NCBI RefSeq assembly: GCF_009914755.1
Contig: NC_060926.1
Direction: 5' to 3' (one strand)
Source: the human T2T-CHM13v2.0 reference genome, Homo sapiens
Length of the DNA: 64,000 nucleotides
Positions 13,401-26,989 of the stretch are shown here, in pieces. Both the position numbers and the translations under genes were made by a program. Within the stretch, counting starts at the first letter, position 1. Each line of letters starts with the position of its first letter. The notes under the pieces are model-generated. The model saw nothing but the letters and a program-made list of their open reading frames with translations. It had not been told where the DNA came from and made no database searches.

Positions 13401-16400
13401 CCTTAATTTAATTATTCCCTTTGTGAGTAGAAGTGTAAACTTATTTAAATTTAGTGTTTTGAAAGAACAGTGTGGAATATAATACAAATTAATAGTTGTA
13501 CATTTCTTTAGGTACAAATTTACTTTTCCACCCAACGGCACTGTGAAGGACTCCATTGAATAGTAACATGTTATAAAACATCAATCTAATTGTCCAACAA
13601 ATATCAGCAGTTTGCAAACCCCACTTTTACCACACTTTAGGGAGCAATTTAGGAATAATTATGATTACTTACACTCTGCTTGCAGGTAAAAAATAAAGTC
13701 TTATTGACCAAACTCAAGCGATAGTCTGCTCTAAGTTCCTCAGAGTTCTTACAATGCACGAACATTTGTTTGTCTACTTCTCACAAACAGCACGGTTTTT
13801 CATGTGTCACAATCATTCAGCAAATTATGAACATTGTTATATCTTAACATTATACATTTTTAAAAAGCACATTCATATTTCTATCACAAAATCTTGTTTC
13901 TATTCTAATTTGAATCAACAGAATAATCACAGAAAGTAAGAAGTAAAAAATTTTACTTCTCCAAGCTTTGTTTCTTGAATCCATAATTTTTATATATTTT
14001 AACAAAGTTTTCCTTTGCCAGTTTTGGGTAAATATTATGTAGCTCAAATTTAGCATCTCTTTTCTCCACACTCTTAAAATCTCCTTGTGTACACCCACCA
14101 CACACACAATTCCTCTACACTTCTTAGTTTGCTATAAAATGTTTTTCTAAGATATTCATTTTGACACAAAAGTTAATGAAGGACATGACAAACTCTTTTC
14201 ATTTAAATTTAATTTTTAAGAGAATATATTCTGAAATTAAATGCAGATTAATATTAGTAAATTTCTATAAGGGTGAATTTACTTTTCCACTTCAAAACCA
14301 GAATAAAGTAAACCAGTTCATTTCAGAAAGAAGGCAGAAGCATTTTTTAAAAACTGTGTAAGAATGTATGCAGCATTATCATACGTATTTATATGTAATC
14401 GTATTGCAGGTATGTGATAGTAGATTTAGGAATAGAGTTTTTAGAATAATCATCACCTGGGCTGCCTAAATTATTTTTGAAAGACTGCTTTCCCTTAAAC
14501 CTGACTGTACAACAATCTATATTTAGGTCAGAGCAAAAACATAAATGTGCGTAACTTGACATGTGTAATCTTTTCATTTTGTCTGATGATGATAAAGAGG
14601 AAAGCCATTATCCTAACTCTGAAGGCCACTCAGAGGGAAACCCTCTGAAGCATAGGGAAGGGGACTTCCCTGTCACCCCCCTTCTGATAGGGATAACAAG
14701 CAAACATTTTCTCCCTGACACAACTTTGCAATGTATGTAGTTAGTTAAATCCTGCGAGTACAGATTTTTTTAAAGTTGACTTTAACAATAAATAGTAACC
14801 AAAAAATAAAAAATAAAAAAATAACAGTGGTGATTTTGTGTTCTAGTAGTACTTTTACCCTGGAATTAAACAGCAAATTTTCTTTCCAAAAGAGCATGTC
14901 ACTGCTAACCCTGTGCATTTTTGAAAGCTATTGCCACAAAGACACATTTATAAAATAAGCCCCACTTGTTAAAACTGTAACATTGCCACCATCACTACAG
15001 TTTCACCTTAGTGACTTAAATAAATATACATAAAGTAATAAACACTATATGTTTTATAGAGTTCTGTGAACCAGAAAAAAAAAATCACCTTACTAAATAA
15101 CCTCCTGGCAAATGCAAAAGAAAAGCTAAATTTGGTTTGCTCATATTTTCTGAGTCCCCAGAATATAAAAAGCAGTGGGGGAAAGCTTGTTTAACTGAAA
15201 GACTTCTGCTTATTTCATTTTCCACACTGGCCTTTCTGGAAAGTAAGGGGAAAAAAAGTATTAAACAGGAAAGAATGAAAGAATTAGAAAACGGCAATCA
15301 ATATATTCTATGTTTTAAGATGACCTTGATAGAAATTTTTCTGCTGACCGAGGTGAGAGACTGAAAATAAGCTCTGTAAGAATCAGACAGGATGGCCTGC
15401 TATCCCAGGTGGTCAAATGTCCAGCAAGTAAGTTAACCCTTTTGTTTTCTTGACAGTTAAGTGATGGTAAAAAAAACTTTCCATGCTACTGCTGTTAGAT
15501 GGTTCTCATGTCAAATGTTTATTCAGAATTGAGGGACAGAAAATATTAATGGCTACTGTCATATAACCAATGTTAAAAAATATATTGTTTCAGACTTGCT
15601 AATACATAATGGGCATTTTGTAAAGTTTGAGTATAATTTTCGAGTCATCACCTGGATGCTATCAATAACAACAACACTTATTTTAAATAGCCCCAAATTA
15701 CATACAGTTGAGTAAATTTTAATTTGTTTTCATTTAAGGTCTTCTAAAGTTGAGGCCAGCATGCTGAAGAAAAATATTAAACTATCTATAACCCTGTGTC
15801 AACATATGATGCTACTGGGAATGCTAAGTGAATTAATTTTCCAAGGAAAATTAATTACTTATGACTTACAGTTGTAAAAGCAAACAACGTAACTCTGGAT
15901 TAGGGCACGTTTAATTTCTGTTTGTAGTAGCGATTAAATTAATTTCATTTAATTCATGGTATGTAATGGAAAGCAGAACAAAAATGAAATTCCAGACAAT
16001 GGCTGACATAGAAAATGTATATATTTATGAAGCCGATCCAAAAATAAAGGTCATGGATATTAATCACTGGATAATAGACCTGTATTTTTAATGGCTCTAT
16101 AATAATGGGTTTTTATAGCATCATTTTTGAAAAAGTATTATCAAATAGAAAAGTCTAACACAGAGAAACAAAATATAAAACTGTAACAATATCCTGTAAC
16201 ATCGCCTAATACTCCTCCCTGTCACCCCAAAGAAGGCCACTGGAATAAGGATTTACACATCTTTTATTTATAACTGAATAATTTTTGTCCACACAGATTT
16301 GGGAAGCTAAAATTAAAAATACCATTACATGATTTGCGGATGAAGTTCTTAAAATTACAACTTTTTTCCCTTGACACCCAACTACTAAAGTGCTTTGAAA

Positions 16401-19400
16401 ATGGATCATCTGTGATTCAACTGACTGAATTATGCACCTGAGCACTACTAGGACAACAGATTTTGGCCAACAGAGCCCTAAGAATACATGCACAGCTGTG
16501 CATATGAAAATATTCACCTTTTATATGCCACCACTTCCTACCTGCTCCAATTAAGCTAGAAGTAATCTTTTTATTTCAAATCTCAACTTCATGGTATAGC
16601 TAATATTTTAAGATAAAGAAACAAATCTTGCCTTGATACTAACTGCAATTAAATAGTTTAAAGTAATATAAGAAATGTCATTCTCACGGCGTATGTTAAA
16701 AAAATACCCCGACAAACACTTCATGTTCTGGTAAAAACCTAAATATTAACTGTCACTAGCCACCTGGTGAAATCACTGATAGTCTAATTCAGCTAACATT
16801 TGGGAGCTGTTGACTTCAAGAGACCAAGAAATTTGACACGTGCATTTAAACTAAAATATTTTCAAGGACTTATGCTTTTAGAAAAAAATGTAGGTGTAAA
16901 CTTCAGATGAAAAACAGTACAAACACAATGCAAATGAGAATAGAAACTATACTCATACAAAATATGCTTTTCAAAATTTGACTTTTTACAAATTTTAAAC
17001 TAAATTATTCCCTTTCCTAGTTACAGCTCATATCTCAAAAAGCACTTACTATTCACATATTCTCTTTTAAAATAAAAATTAATTTATGTAATGTCTTTGA
17101 GATCAAAGAGAAAATAATATATTCTAAAATCCATTATAATTTTAAACCTATCAAACCAAGGAGAACTTGTGATGTTACTTTGGAGTTTATGAAAATAAAA
17201 AATTTTGGCACTGTAGCTTTTAAGGGGATTTTTCTGAACTATCTCTGCAATGTCAAAAGATTAATTGAAGAGAGAAACTTTTCCATTCTGAGAGAAGCTG
17301 TGACCTGAGCGTGATTAGAAAACATTTGTTTTATTTTGAAGGGTAAAACTAAATGAAACAACAGAAGCCTCACCCTTTCTGGCTTGTTTTCCTAAAACAC
17401 AGGATTACCTTTATTTCAAAATGGGCTTCACTCAGCATAAGCCAGACTGAAAGTAGTCTGTTTACAAAATGGCCTAAATTAAGTCTCTTTAGAGTAGGAG
17501 GTACATTCAGCTATTTTTCTGCTACTAAAGCTACCCAGAAGACTGAAACATCATCTTGGACCCTCTGACAACTTTATTTCCTTTCACACTTGGCTTCAAA
17601 ATTAGAACAGTGTTTTAAGAAAAAAGACAAAGACAGAAACAAGCAACCATATTCTTCTTCATCAGAACAAAATCTGTCCTGTTATCCACATCAGTGCTGC
17701 CTTACTACATTTTTGAAAACAGAATGCTTTTCAGATTGGCAGTGGAGTCTACAAGAGAGGGAAGAGTTACACCAATACTTCCTTTTTAGAACACACACAA
17801 AACACCCTCTACATTCCCTTAAGTCTGAAATGAATTTCAGAAGTCTCTTCAGGTATTTTATTACAACTCACATTCATATTTCAGTAGAATGACTACAGGG
17901 GAATCACTAATTTTTTATGTAAACTATGACGTTTTGGCAAATATTATATGACCAACTATAAATCCACAAGTCTCAAATACTAAAGAGTTGGTAATTACAT
18001 GATGAGAAACAGCTTGATTAGGGGAGAGGAAAGGCAGGCTGTCAACAAACAAACAGCTGTTTCTTATTGCCAACCGATAACCAGATCATGCATCCCAACA
18101 AACTACAGAGTTTGTTTCTGTTGTTGCTGCTGTGTTTGTTTTTAAGCATTCTACCCTCTTCCACTCCCACCTCCAAAATACTGAGTCAATTTAGATGTGA
18201 ACCACAACAGAAGAATCAGATACACAAGGATAACAAGTAAAACACTATAGACTTACAAAAAATTCTGTAGGTAATAACTAACAGAAGTTTAAAGTGTACT
18301 TTCCAATTCAACTTTAAATGCCTATCTTTCCCTGTGCAACACGTCCTGTCATTACTATTTATAAGAGGCAGGCAATGGGCCTTCACTTCCTCATTCCTGG
18401 ATTATGACCACAGCAACGCTGCCACTCTCTCTGATCCTTTGTTTTGGAAGCTTTCCCCATTGGCTGCTTCTGTCCTTCCTTTCAGCAGAAAGGAATGAAC
18501 ATGCTTATACCTGACAGGTGTGAACTAAATGACCTTGAGGGTCCCTTGTAACCTGAAATTAAATGATTCAGTGAATATTTGATAAGGTTAGCATATGAAT
18601 AAACAACAGGAATAAACAGGACCTTAACATCAAAGGTTTAAACAAAGAACTACTAAAGTGAATGAAATTTTTTTGATTTCATGAAGTGAAAACACTTTCA
18701 CATATGCACCTTGAGGCACTTCCATGTCTAATTTTTTTCCCTTTAACACTCCTTCAGAAAACATATCGGTATCCTTATCTTATTTTCCAAGAAGGTAAAA
18801 TTACTTTCCCAAGGTGACATGACACATGAGTAGCTAAACCAAGGTCCATAGCTCACTTTGGGGTCCAGGGCTCTGTGTTCTTTCCACTAAACCACACTGA
18901 ACAAGGATGGTGCCAGTGAAAATGTTTCTGAAATTTTAGTTTAAAGCAGGCTCCTGTCTATGTAAGATCTTTATCTCTCAGGGAAATTTTCACTAAACAC
19001 ACCCTGAATAACCCAACGGCAAGGATGGGCATAGGTCAATGAGCATAGTTATGTGCCCAAGGTATGACTAACCAAGTATTCTAATCTAGAGTCCAAATTT
19101 CCTTTTACAAACTTAATGATAAACATTAAGTTTGTAAATTTATCCACAAGAAAACACGTCCTGGCTCACTGCCAACTTCCATGTTCCATTTTATTCACAA
19201 TCATGCCCTGATCATCTAGCTGACTGGGCTGGATGTCTTCTGCATTCTGCTGCCATCACTGGGTCAGTGTTCAGTTAATGCTAATTCTGGTAGCATGCCC
19301 GTAAATTTGTATTTTGAAAAACTAAAAAAAGTTGCTTAAATTTGTCAACACATATCCGACTAGGTTTCAAATCGTAAAAGAGGTTTGGATCACTTTTTTA

Positions 19401-21634
19401 AAAGGCTGGTTGTATTTCACACCATATGAGGGGGGTTCTGAATGAGGAACTAGGGAACAAACCACCTCTTCAAAAGGCAGCTCACAGAAGGTTGGAAGGG
19501 AGTCGAGGAAACAGGCACATAGCAAGCAGGCACAGAAGGAAATGCTGAGGAAGGCAGGGAAGAGCAAGGATACACTTGAAATTATGGCTTCTCTATTATC
19601 TATGTTTTAAAAATAACTTATGTTCTGCATTGGTTTGTGGTGGGCATTTAGAAGAGAGAAAGGAAGAGTAACAGACTTTTCAAAACCAACTCCCAAGAAT
19701 AACTTCTTAAATCTCAACTTTATAAAAAGTAGCAAAACCATTATGAACACAAATTCTCTTTTAAAAATTTAAATGCTGGCTTACATAGTATCAAAGATAA
19801 CTCTCTTGAAATGTCCAGGACATAGTTTAATTCTACTAGTGAAGACATCTGAAAGTTTGAGAGGCCCAACCAATGCCATTAAAACGAAGTTATGCCTACA
19901 ATCCAATTTTAAAATGAAATTTCTACCTCAATCTGGGACTGTCCATGATCATTACTAATCACCACTATGGAAGCAGTTTCAAAGTAGATACAAAGTCACC
20001 AGGAATGACTGGTCATGATGACCGAATAACAACCCAACCAGGCGTGCCAGCGCTCCCTCCCAGTCTACCCTGTTTACAGAAACCACAGGCGTGGACCTCT
20101 CTCCTCTATAGCCTGTCTTTAAACTACGCAAATAATGTATCTCCTGGACTTTGTCAACTCTCCTGGGGAAGTGTTATGAAGGAATGACACAATTTTTAGA
20201 GTAAATGTAGGGATCTGAAGAGAAATGTGGTGTGCCACTCCAAAGAAGCAGAGATAAAATATAAAACGGATTGTTATCCTTCCTTTCATGGAGACTTGTA
20301 ATGTTCCAGATATAAAATACCTTAATTGTTGGCAGTTAAATGGCTTACTGATTTCCAAGTCTTCCTGTCTGTTAATGGTTGGTACTTGGCACATCTGGAA
20401 AATGACGGAGTCTTTCAAAAATACTGCTGGGAAGATGACCTGTTTTCACTCTCTCTCTAGGCAGGTTCACATCACCAGATGATGCTGGATATGGCTCCAC
20501 TCCAAGGAAAACAACCTTTTCTTGGTCTTTCAATGGCTGTTTATGAGTATACAACAAGTGCTTTCTATATACTGCAAACTCGTTAGACAGACAAGTCCCT
20601 CTGTCAATCCCACTCTACAGTGCATATGCTTCTGTGTGGTACACATCCCCACCTTCTCCCATAACTGACGCCGCCCCTACTTTTAAACCTCAGAGATTCA
20701 ACTGCCCCCCCCAACTTTTAAATCTCAGAGATTCTCTTACAAGATATTAATTTTCTTTTCCACTATGGATCTGCTTAAAAATGCATCCTACAAAAGGGAA
20801 GAACAGGTGCCTCATTTTCCTTGACTCTTATTTGACTTCAGATAGTTATCGTCATTCATTGAGAGCTTAGAATATTGACTTATTCTGTGGAGTCCTCTTC
20901 TGAGATAGATGTGGGAGATACTTGGAAGCTAAAAAGATGCTACTCAGTTCCCTAATGCCCTAACGTGTCGATCCTCCTCCCTTTTTTCTCTTCAGTTTGC
21001 TGATGAGAGCTGTTTAGTTCATTTACTAAGTTTTTATTTTCCCACAATAAAATGAAGAAAAGAAACAGAGATTAAAAATTGTACAAAAACATTACAGGAA
21101 AAAAAAAGGAATCATTTTGTAGATAAACTTCATGTTGTGGTGTTGAAAGTTAAGGTCCACAAATCAAAATGCAGTCATTTCTACAGAGCTAGGCTTTTTC
21201 ACTGCACTCGCAGCGAATCACGCTGTGGTTAGTTGAAAGTGCTGTTCACATAATAAATTAACCACCTCATTTCCTTCATCACCAAAATATACATAGCGCC
21301 CTCATACAGATTTGTTTTAATAAAAGTAATAAAGCAAGCCCAGAGGTTATGGCTGTTATGACATAATCACACCTCTGAGACTTAAAAACACTCACTTGCA
21401 CATCATGCCTCAAAAAGTCTTTGCAAGTTCCCTTCCAACAAAACCTAACTGCATTCATACCCTCTGGCCCCATGTATTCAAAATAAATAATGAAACAAAA
21501 GCCTTGTATATGTCAGAAAATTATCCCTTTCCATTAAGCATTTGAAAAGAATATACACTTTTTAATAATACAGTACAATAAACAGATTGGGTGCCCTGCT
21601 CTAGATTATTAAAGACAACACATCAGCAGAGTTA

Positions 21635-21948
<314 letters not shown>

Positions 21949-24040
21949 TCAAAACGACAACACATGCATTTCTGTGGACTGAAAAACAATTTTCATTCTA
22001 CACGAATCCAGGATAAGTAACTTTTCTTACATGGTAATGATATTTAATTGTTGAGAATAACCCGGGGGGGGGGAAATCTCTCTTGTCAATATAATTTTCC
22101 CTCACTACAGACTTTTATCATTAGAATTCCTTTCCATGATCACCAGAAAGAAAGACAATGTAACACAACTGTCTATAGCATAAGATAGATTGGACGGAGA
22201 ACTTTGCCATGAGTGAATCCATACCATAATTCAACGAGGCCACCCTTCCTGTCTCTGTACCACATTATAAAATCACTTTGCAGGCAGGGTTTATTTCCCA
22301 CTTCAACTCTTATACCTTAGGCCTTCCTGCAGGATTATGCATTTAATGCATACTGTCCCTATAATAATGATGATGTCTTCCCCTTAAATTTAAAATGTAA
22401 CATAATCTTACAAGTAATTACATTTGCCTGTGCTATTCTTAAAGATCATGATCAACTCACACTCCAACACACATATATAAAGGAATGAGTTAATCAACAT
22501 TCCTGAAAAATAGCAAGTATCAGATATTCAGGATACAGTTTTGAAATTCTCATAAGTGGCCCCCCATAGTGCTTCCACATTTTATTTCTCTTCTCAATTG
22601 CTATAATCACCTAGCACAATCTTATATTTGGGTTCTCAACATTTTTTCTAATGTGAACATTATTATATTACATGGTTTTTTCCATGAGTAAAGTTAAACA
22701 TTACATCCAAGATTGTTAGTGTGCCAAACGGTTATCCACATATAATTATATCCCAAAATTTAGCAAAGCAGTAATACCTTTATGAAGGATTAAACATTTT
22801 TGGAGTAATCTTATTCTACTATTTTTAGTCTACAAACTATGCATCCACACACAACCAATATATGCATCCACACATAACCAGTACACTAAAAACTCCCTTA
22901 GGGCTCTGTATCAAACAAAGATAAAATTACTAAGAACTTCCATAACTTACATTTTGATGAATAAGTTCACTTTAAAGGAAAAATTCTATTCCAATGAATC
23001 CCATCGCAACAAAGTTTTTCTTGGATAAAGATATTACACTTTACATTGTAAGTCCTAATTACTGATTTAGTCATAATCAAAGAACATTCCTTTATAAGTG
23101 CTACCTCTGATCTGTCCTGGTAAGGATTATTTCCACCGAGAACAGAATATGCCTTGCAGAGGGGGTAAAGAAATGGAGATGTATGCTAAATTAAAGAACT
23201 CCAGTTCTTTCATCCATAGCACTCCTTCTTCACTTTCCTTAGCCATTCTCACTTCAACTACATGGCCATTCTAATGCTCTCTGGCCCTAAACTACCAAAC
23301 ACCTTTCAAGCAGGTGCTCACATACAGAACTCCCACAGAAAGATCCAAGTCAAAAGAGAACAGAAAAGAGATGAGGTATGCAAGATAGCTCTCTCCTATC
23401 CTATTAGGTTTCAAGAAACTTTTGCTTGCCAATTCACAGAAAAACGATGTTCTAGGGTACCTTTTGAAAAGACATTTCACGTCCTCAGATCATTGGTTAG
23501 ATGGCAAATATAATAAACAAGTAACAGCCCTCATAAAAGGTCAATTAATAAAGAGCTGTAAGTGTCACCTCCATACACTGAATTACACAAAGCATTCTAT
23601 CACAAAGAAGGGAAAGAATGTGGCATTGGTTATTCTGGTCACTACCTCAGCTTTGAGACAGATTACATTTTGAATATGTTAACGAGGCCTTCACAAGGCC
23701 AGCCATTCACTATCAACTAAACCCAAGGGCTTGAAATTCACACAGGTATAAAACACTGAGACACAAAATTGGAGACTGGATCAGTGTTCCAGATCACAGA
23801 ATGTGTAAATGAGACAGAATATTTTCAGGTAACTGAAGTCTGAACATTAAAGCTCTAAAAATGTATACAAAAGTATAAAAAGTAAGTTGTATGCCAAATA
23901 CAACCTAATAAAATAAGAAAAAAAGGCTATTTATGAAATAATGAAGTGGTTTTACCGACATCTTTAAACATTTGTCATAACTATTCTCAATTAATTGAGT
24001 ACCAATACTCTGTTAAAAAGAAACTGTCATGGTTGAGATT

Positions 24041-24042
<2 letters not shown>

Positions 24043-24089
<47 letters not shown>
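24043..24089. repeat. (CA)n microsatellite, ~23 units; (UG)n in the SRBD1 pre-mRNA
   Basis: Direct read. Confidence 0.98.
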
Positions 24090-24091
<2 letters not shown>

Positions 24092-24093
<2 letters not shown>

Positions 24094-24430
24094 GAGTCAT
24101 CCCCTGGTATGGGGGATTTTTTCTAGGACTCCCTGCAGATACCCAAATCCATAGGTACTCAAGGCCCTGATATAAAACGGTGTAGTATTTGCATTTAACC
24201 TATGCTGCACAACCTCCTGTGTACTTTAAATCATCTCTAGATTACTTATAATACCTAATACGGTGTAAAGGCTATTTAAATAGTTGTTAAACTGTATGGT
24301 TTAGGCAACAATGACACGGAAAAAAAGTCTGTACATGTTCAGTACAGATGCAACTATCCTTTTTTTCCTCTCAATATTTTCAATCCATAATTAGTTGAAT
24401 TTGGAAGCCCCAGATATGGAGGGCTGACTA
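24092..24430 (+). mobile_element. MER2 (TcMar-Tigger MITE)
   Basis: gtcatcccctggtat...caaatccataggtactcaaggccctgatataaaacggtgtagtatttgc...ggagggctgacta. Confidence 0.8.
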
Positions 24431-25837
24431 TATACACACATATACATATATGTGTGTATATATATATAAATGCACACACAGACACACGAATGTGACAGTC
24501 AAAATTCTGATGGGAAATGATCCAGACTGCAAGAAAACACCATGGTCCCTGTCTGGACAAAAAACTGAACAGATTCTTACCTTGAACATAAAGGACTTAA
24601 CACTTTTAATGATCAAAGTATAAGACTGGAAGAAAACTAGAAAGGAAGACAATGATTTTCAACATATTTTCTTCAAAGGAGTTTCATTTTAAAAATATTA
24701 TTTAACAGTTCAGGTTTAAAATTTTAAGTGAAAGGCTACACTTTTTAATGTAACCTTGATTTTTACAAGATTTCCAGGTGTTCTGAATGCATGTTACAGT
24801 GCATTACATTACAGTGCATTCAAAACACCTGGATCTAAGAAGCATTTGTGATCAGGCTACATTTTCTTGATTTTAAATGAACAAGAATTGTTTTAAAATT
24901 AAACACAAAAGACACATTTTCAGTTCTGATCCCACTTCAACAAAAATTTGGAGAGGCTGCAAAATTTTATGGTGTGTTTATAATAAAGTTTAAAAAATAC
25001 AATAAATGGTCAACTATACCAATAATCTACCATGCATTCATTCAGAAATACTGAATATCTACCATGTGCCAGGTCCTGGGAGCTGAAGATACAAGAAGTG
25101 GAAACAGCCTACCCTCATGTAAGGGCTTTTATTGCACTAGAAGAGGAACACAGTAAGCAAATAAATACTGTGATTTCAGACACTTAACACTAGCTGTTCT
25201 TTTGTGTGTGTTGAGGGAGCAGTTAGCAGGGAGTAGGTTCCTGCTTCACAGAGAAGATAAGAAATGTAGGGGAACAACTCCTCACAGTCCTGCTATCTTC
25301 CATCTCTTGCCGGGCACCTACTACCCCACAGGAGTCTCTCTGGAGCTCCTCTCCATTTTCTTCCTTAGGCTATTCCTGGAGGCATCCTGTGGATGCCATC
25401 TCCTCAGGCAACCAGCTGCCTCCCTCTTCAGCATATTCAACTTCTCACTCTCCACTTCTCCCTCCTCCCAGTGACATTCAACACATTCAAATCCTGACCT
25501 CCTTAAATAACTCTCTTCCTTAAACATTTGTATACACTTGTCTCTCAAATGCTTACACTTCATTCAGTCCTGGATTTAATTCTTTCAGACTTCTGCCTCC
25601 ACCACTCCAGTGAAATTATTTTTATGGTAATCATCAATATTTTAAATGAGTACGTTCACTTTAAAGGAAAATTTCTTTAAAGGAAACATTTAAAATTAAA
25701 CACAAAAGACACATTTTCAGTTCTGTTCCTATTTCATCTTGGTAGTGTTTCACAATACTGATTTTTGCTTCTTCAAACTCTCACCCTTAGATACTGGCAT
25801 GTCCTAATTTTCCTCCTACATTACATACACTGCAATG

Positions 25838-26390
25838 TGCATTCAAAACACCTAGAAATCTTGTTAAAATCAGATTCTGATTCAACAGGCCTGAGGGAGG
25901 GCCCAGGAGACTTTCAGCAGGGTCTCTTGTTAATCAAAACAGACCAGCAGCACAGTTATCACCTGAGTGCTTCCTAGAAACACAGACTGTCATTGCTCAC
26001 TCCAGGTTAACTGAATCAGAGTTTGCATCTTTAACAAAGGGATTTTATATGCATAGTCAAGTTTGAGGAGCATTAGAGACCAGTGGTTCTCAAACCCAGG
26101 CCAATAAAACACAGACTACAGGGTCCAATCCCCCTGAATTTCTGATCCTACAGGTCTGGGAAGCAAGTGAAAGAATGCACATTTCTAGCATATTGTCAGA
26201 TGATATTGATGCTGCTAGTCTACTGACTGTATTTTCAGAACTAGTGATTCTCCGCCCTGGTTGTACATTTGAATTACATGTGAATTTTAAGAAGCTTGTT
26301 GGCATGTGGGGCCCACCCCCAGACCAATTAAACTACAAACTCTGGAGATGTAGCCTAGGTATTTTTAAAAACTCCCCTGCATAATCTTAA
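25838..26390. mobile_element. Cluster of MER5A/MER5B hAT MITE fragments in mixed orientation
   Basis: Repeated cagattctgattca, cagtggttctcaaacc and gcacatttctagca motifs. Confidence 0.65.
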
Positions 26391-26989
26391 GGTTTCTCAT
26401 TTAAATAATTTAAGAGTGAGGGAAGCAGGTAGTGGCGAAAAGAAAATAGTATACGATAAATGCTAGTTAAATGACAGTACCATTACTGTAACATATGATA
26501 CCATAATTCCTTAAACATCTGCTCTACCCAACTCTGCCCTGTATATAAGCACTAGAAATTTGGCAGTCTACAGGTTTGTCGTAGGCCACATCTGTCTAAA
26601 ATGACCATGGGGGAAAAATAATTATTTAATTCCTAAAATTCACAGAAGAAAAACCTGCATTTATGAGATAAGATATTTTTTAAGATAGTGTCAAAACTGT
26701 GCCTTACAAAGCATTTGACTTCGTGCAACATTAGGGGCTTGAGAAAGATTTCTAAGAATATTATGAAGGGAAAGGTAACATATAATATGAAATGTATATT
26801 TAAATTTTCACTAACAATGAAAATAGCTTACCTTTTTCTGATTATAAGTAAATTCTCATTGTAAAACACACATGTACACACACACTCATCAATATATAGG
26901 GAAGACACTAAAACCAACTGAAAGCCAAAGTTCCCGAGTTAAAGCATCTGTAGCATTTGACCAAGCTTTCCTGCATCTTGTTAAAAAAT

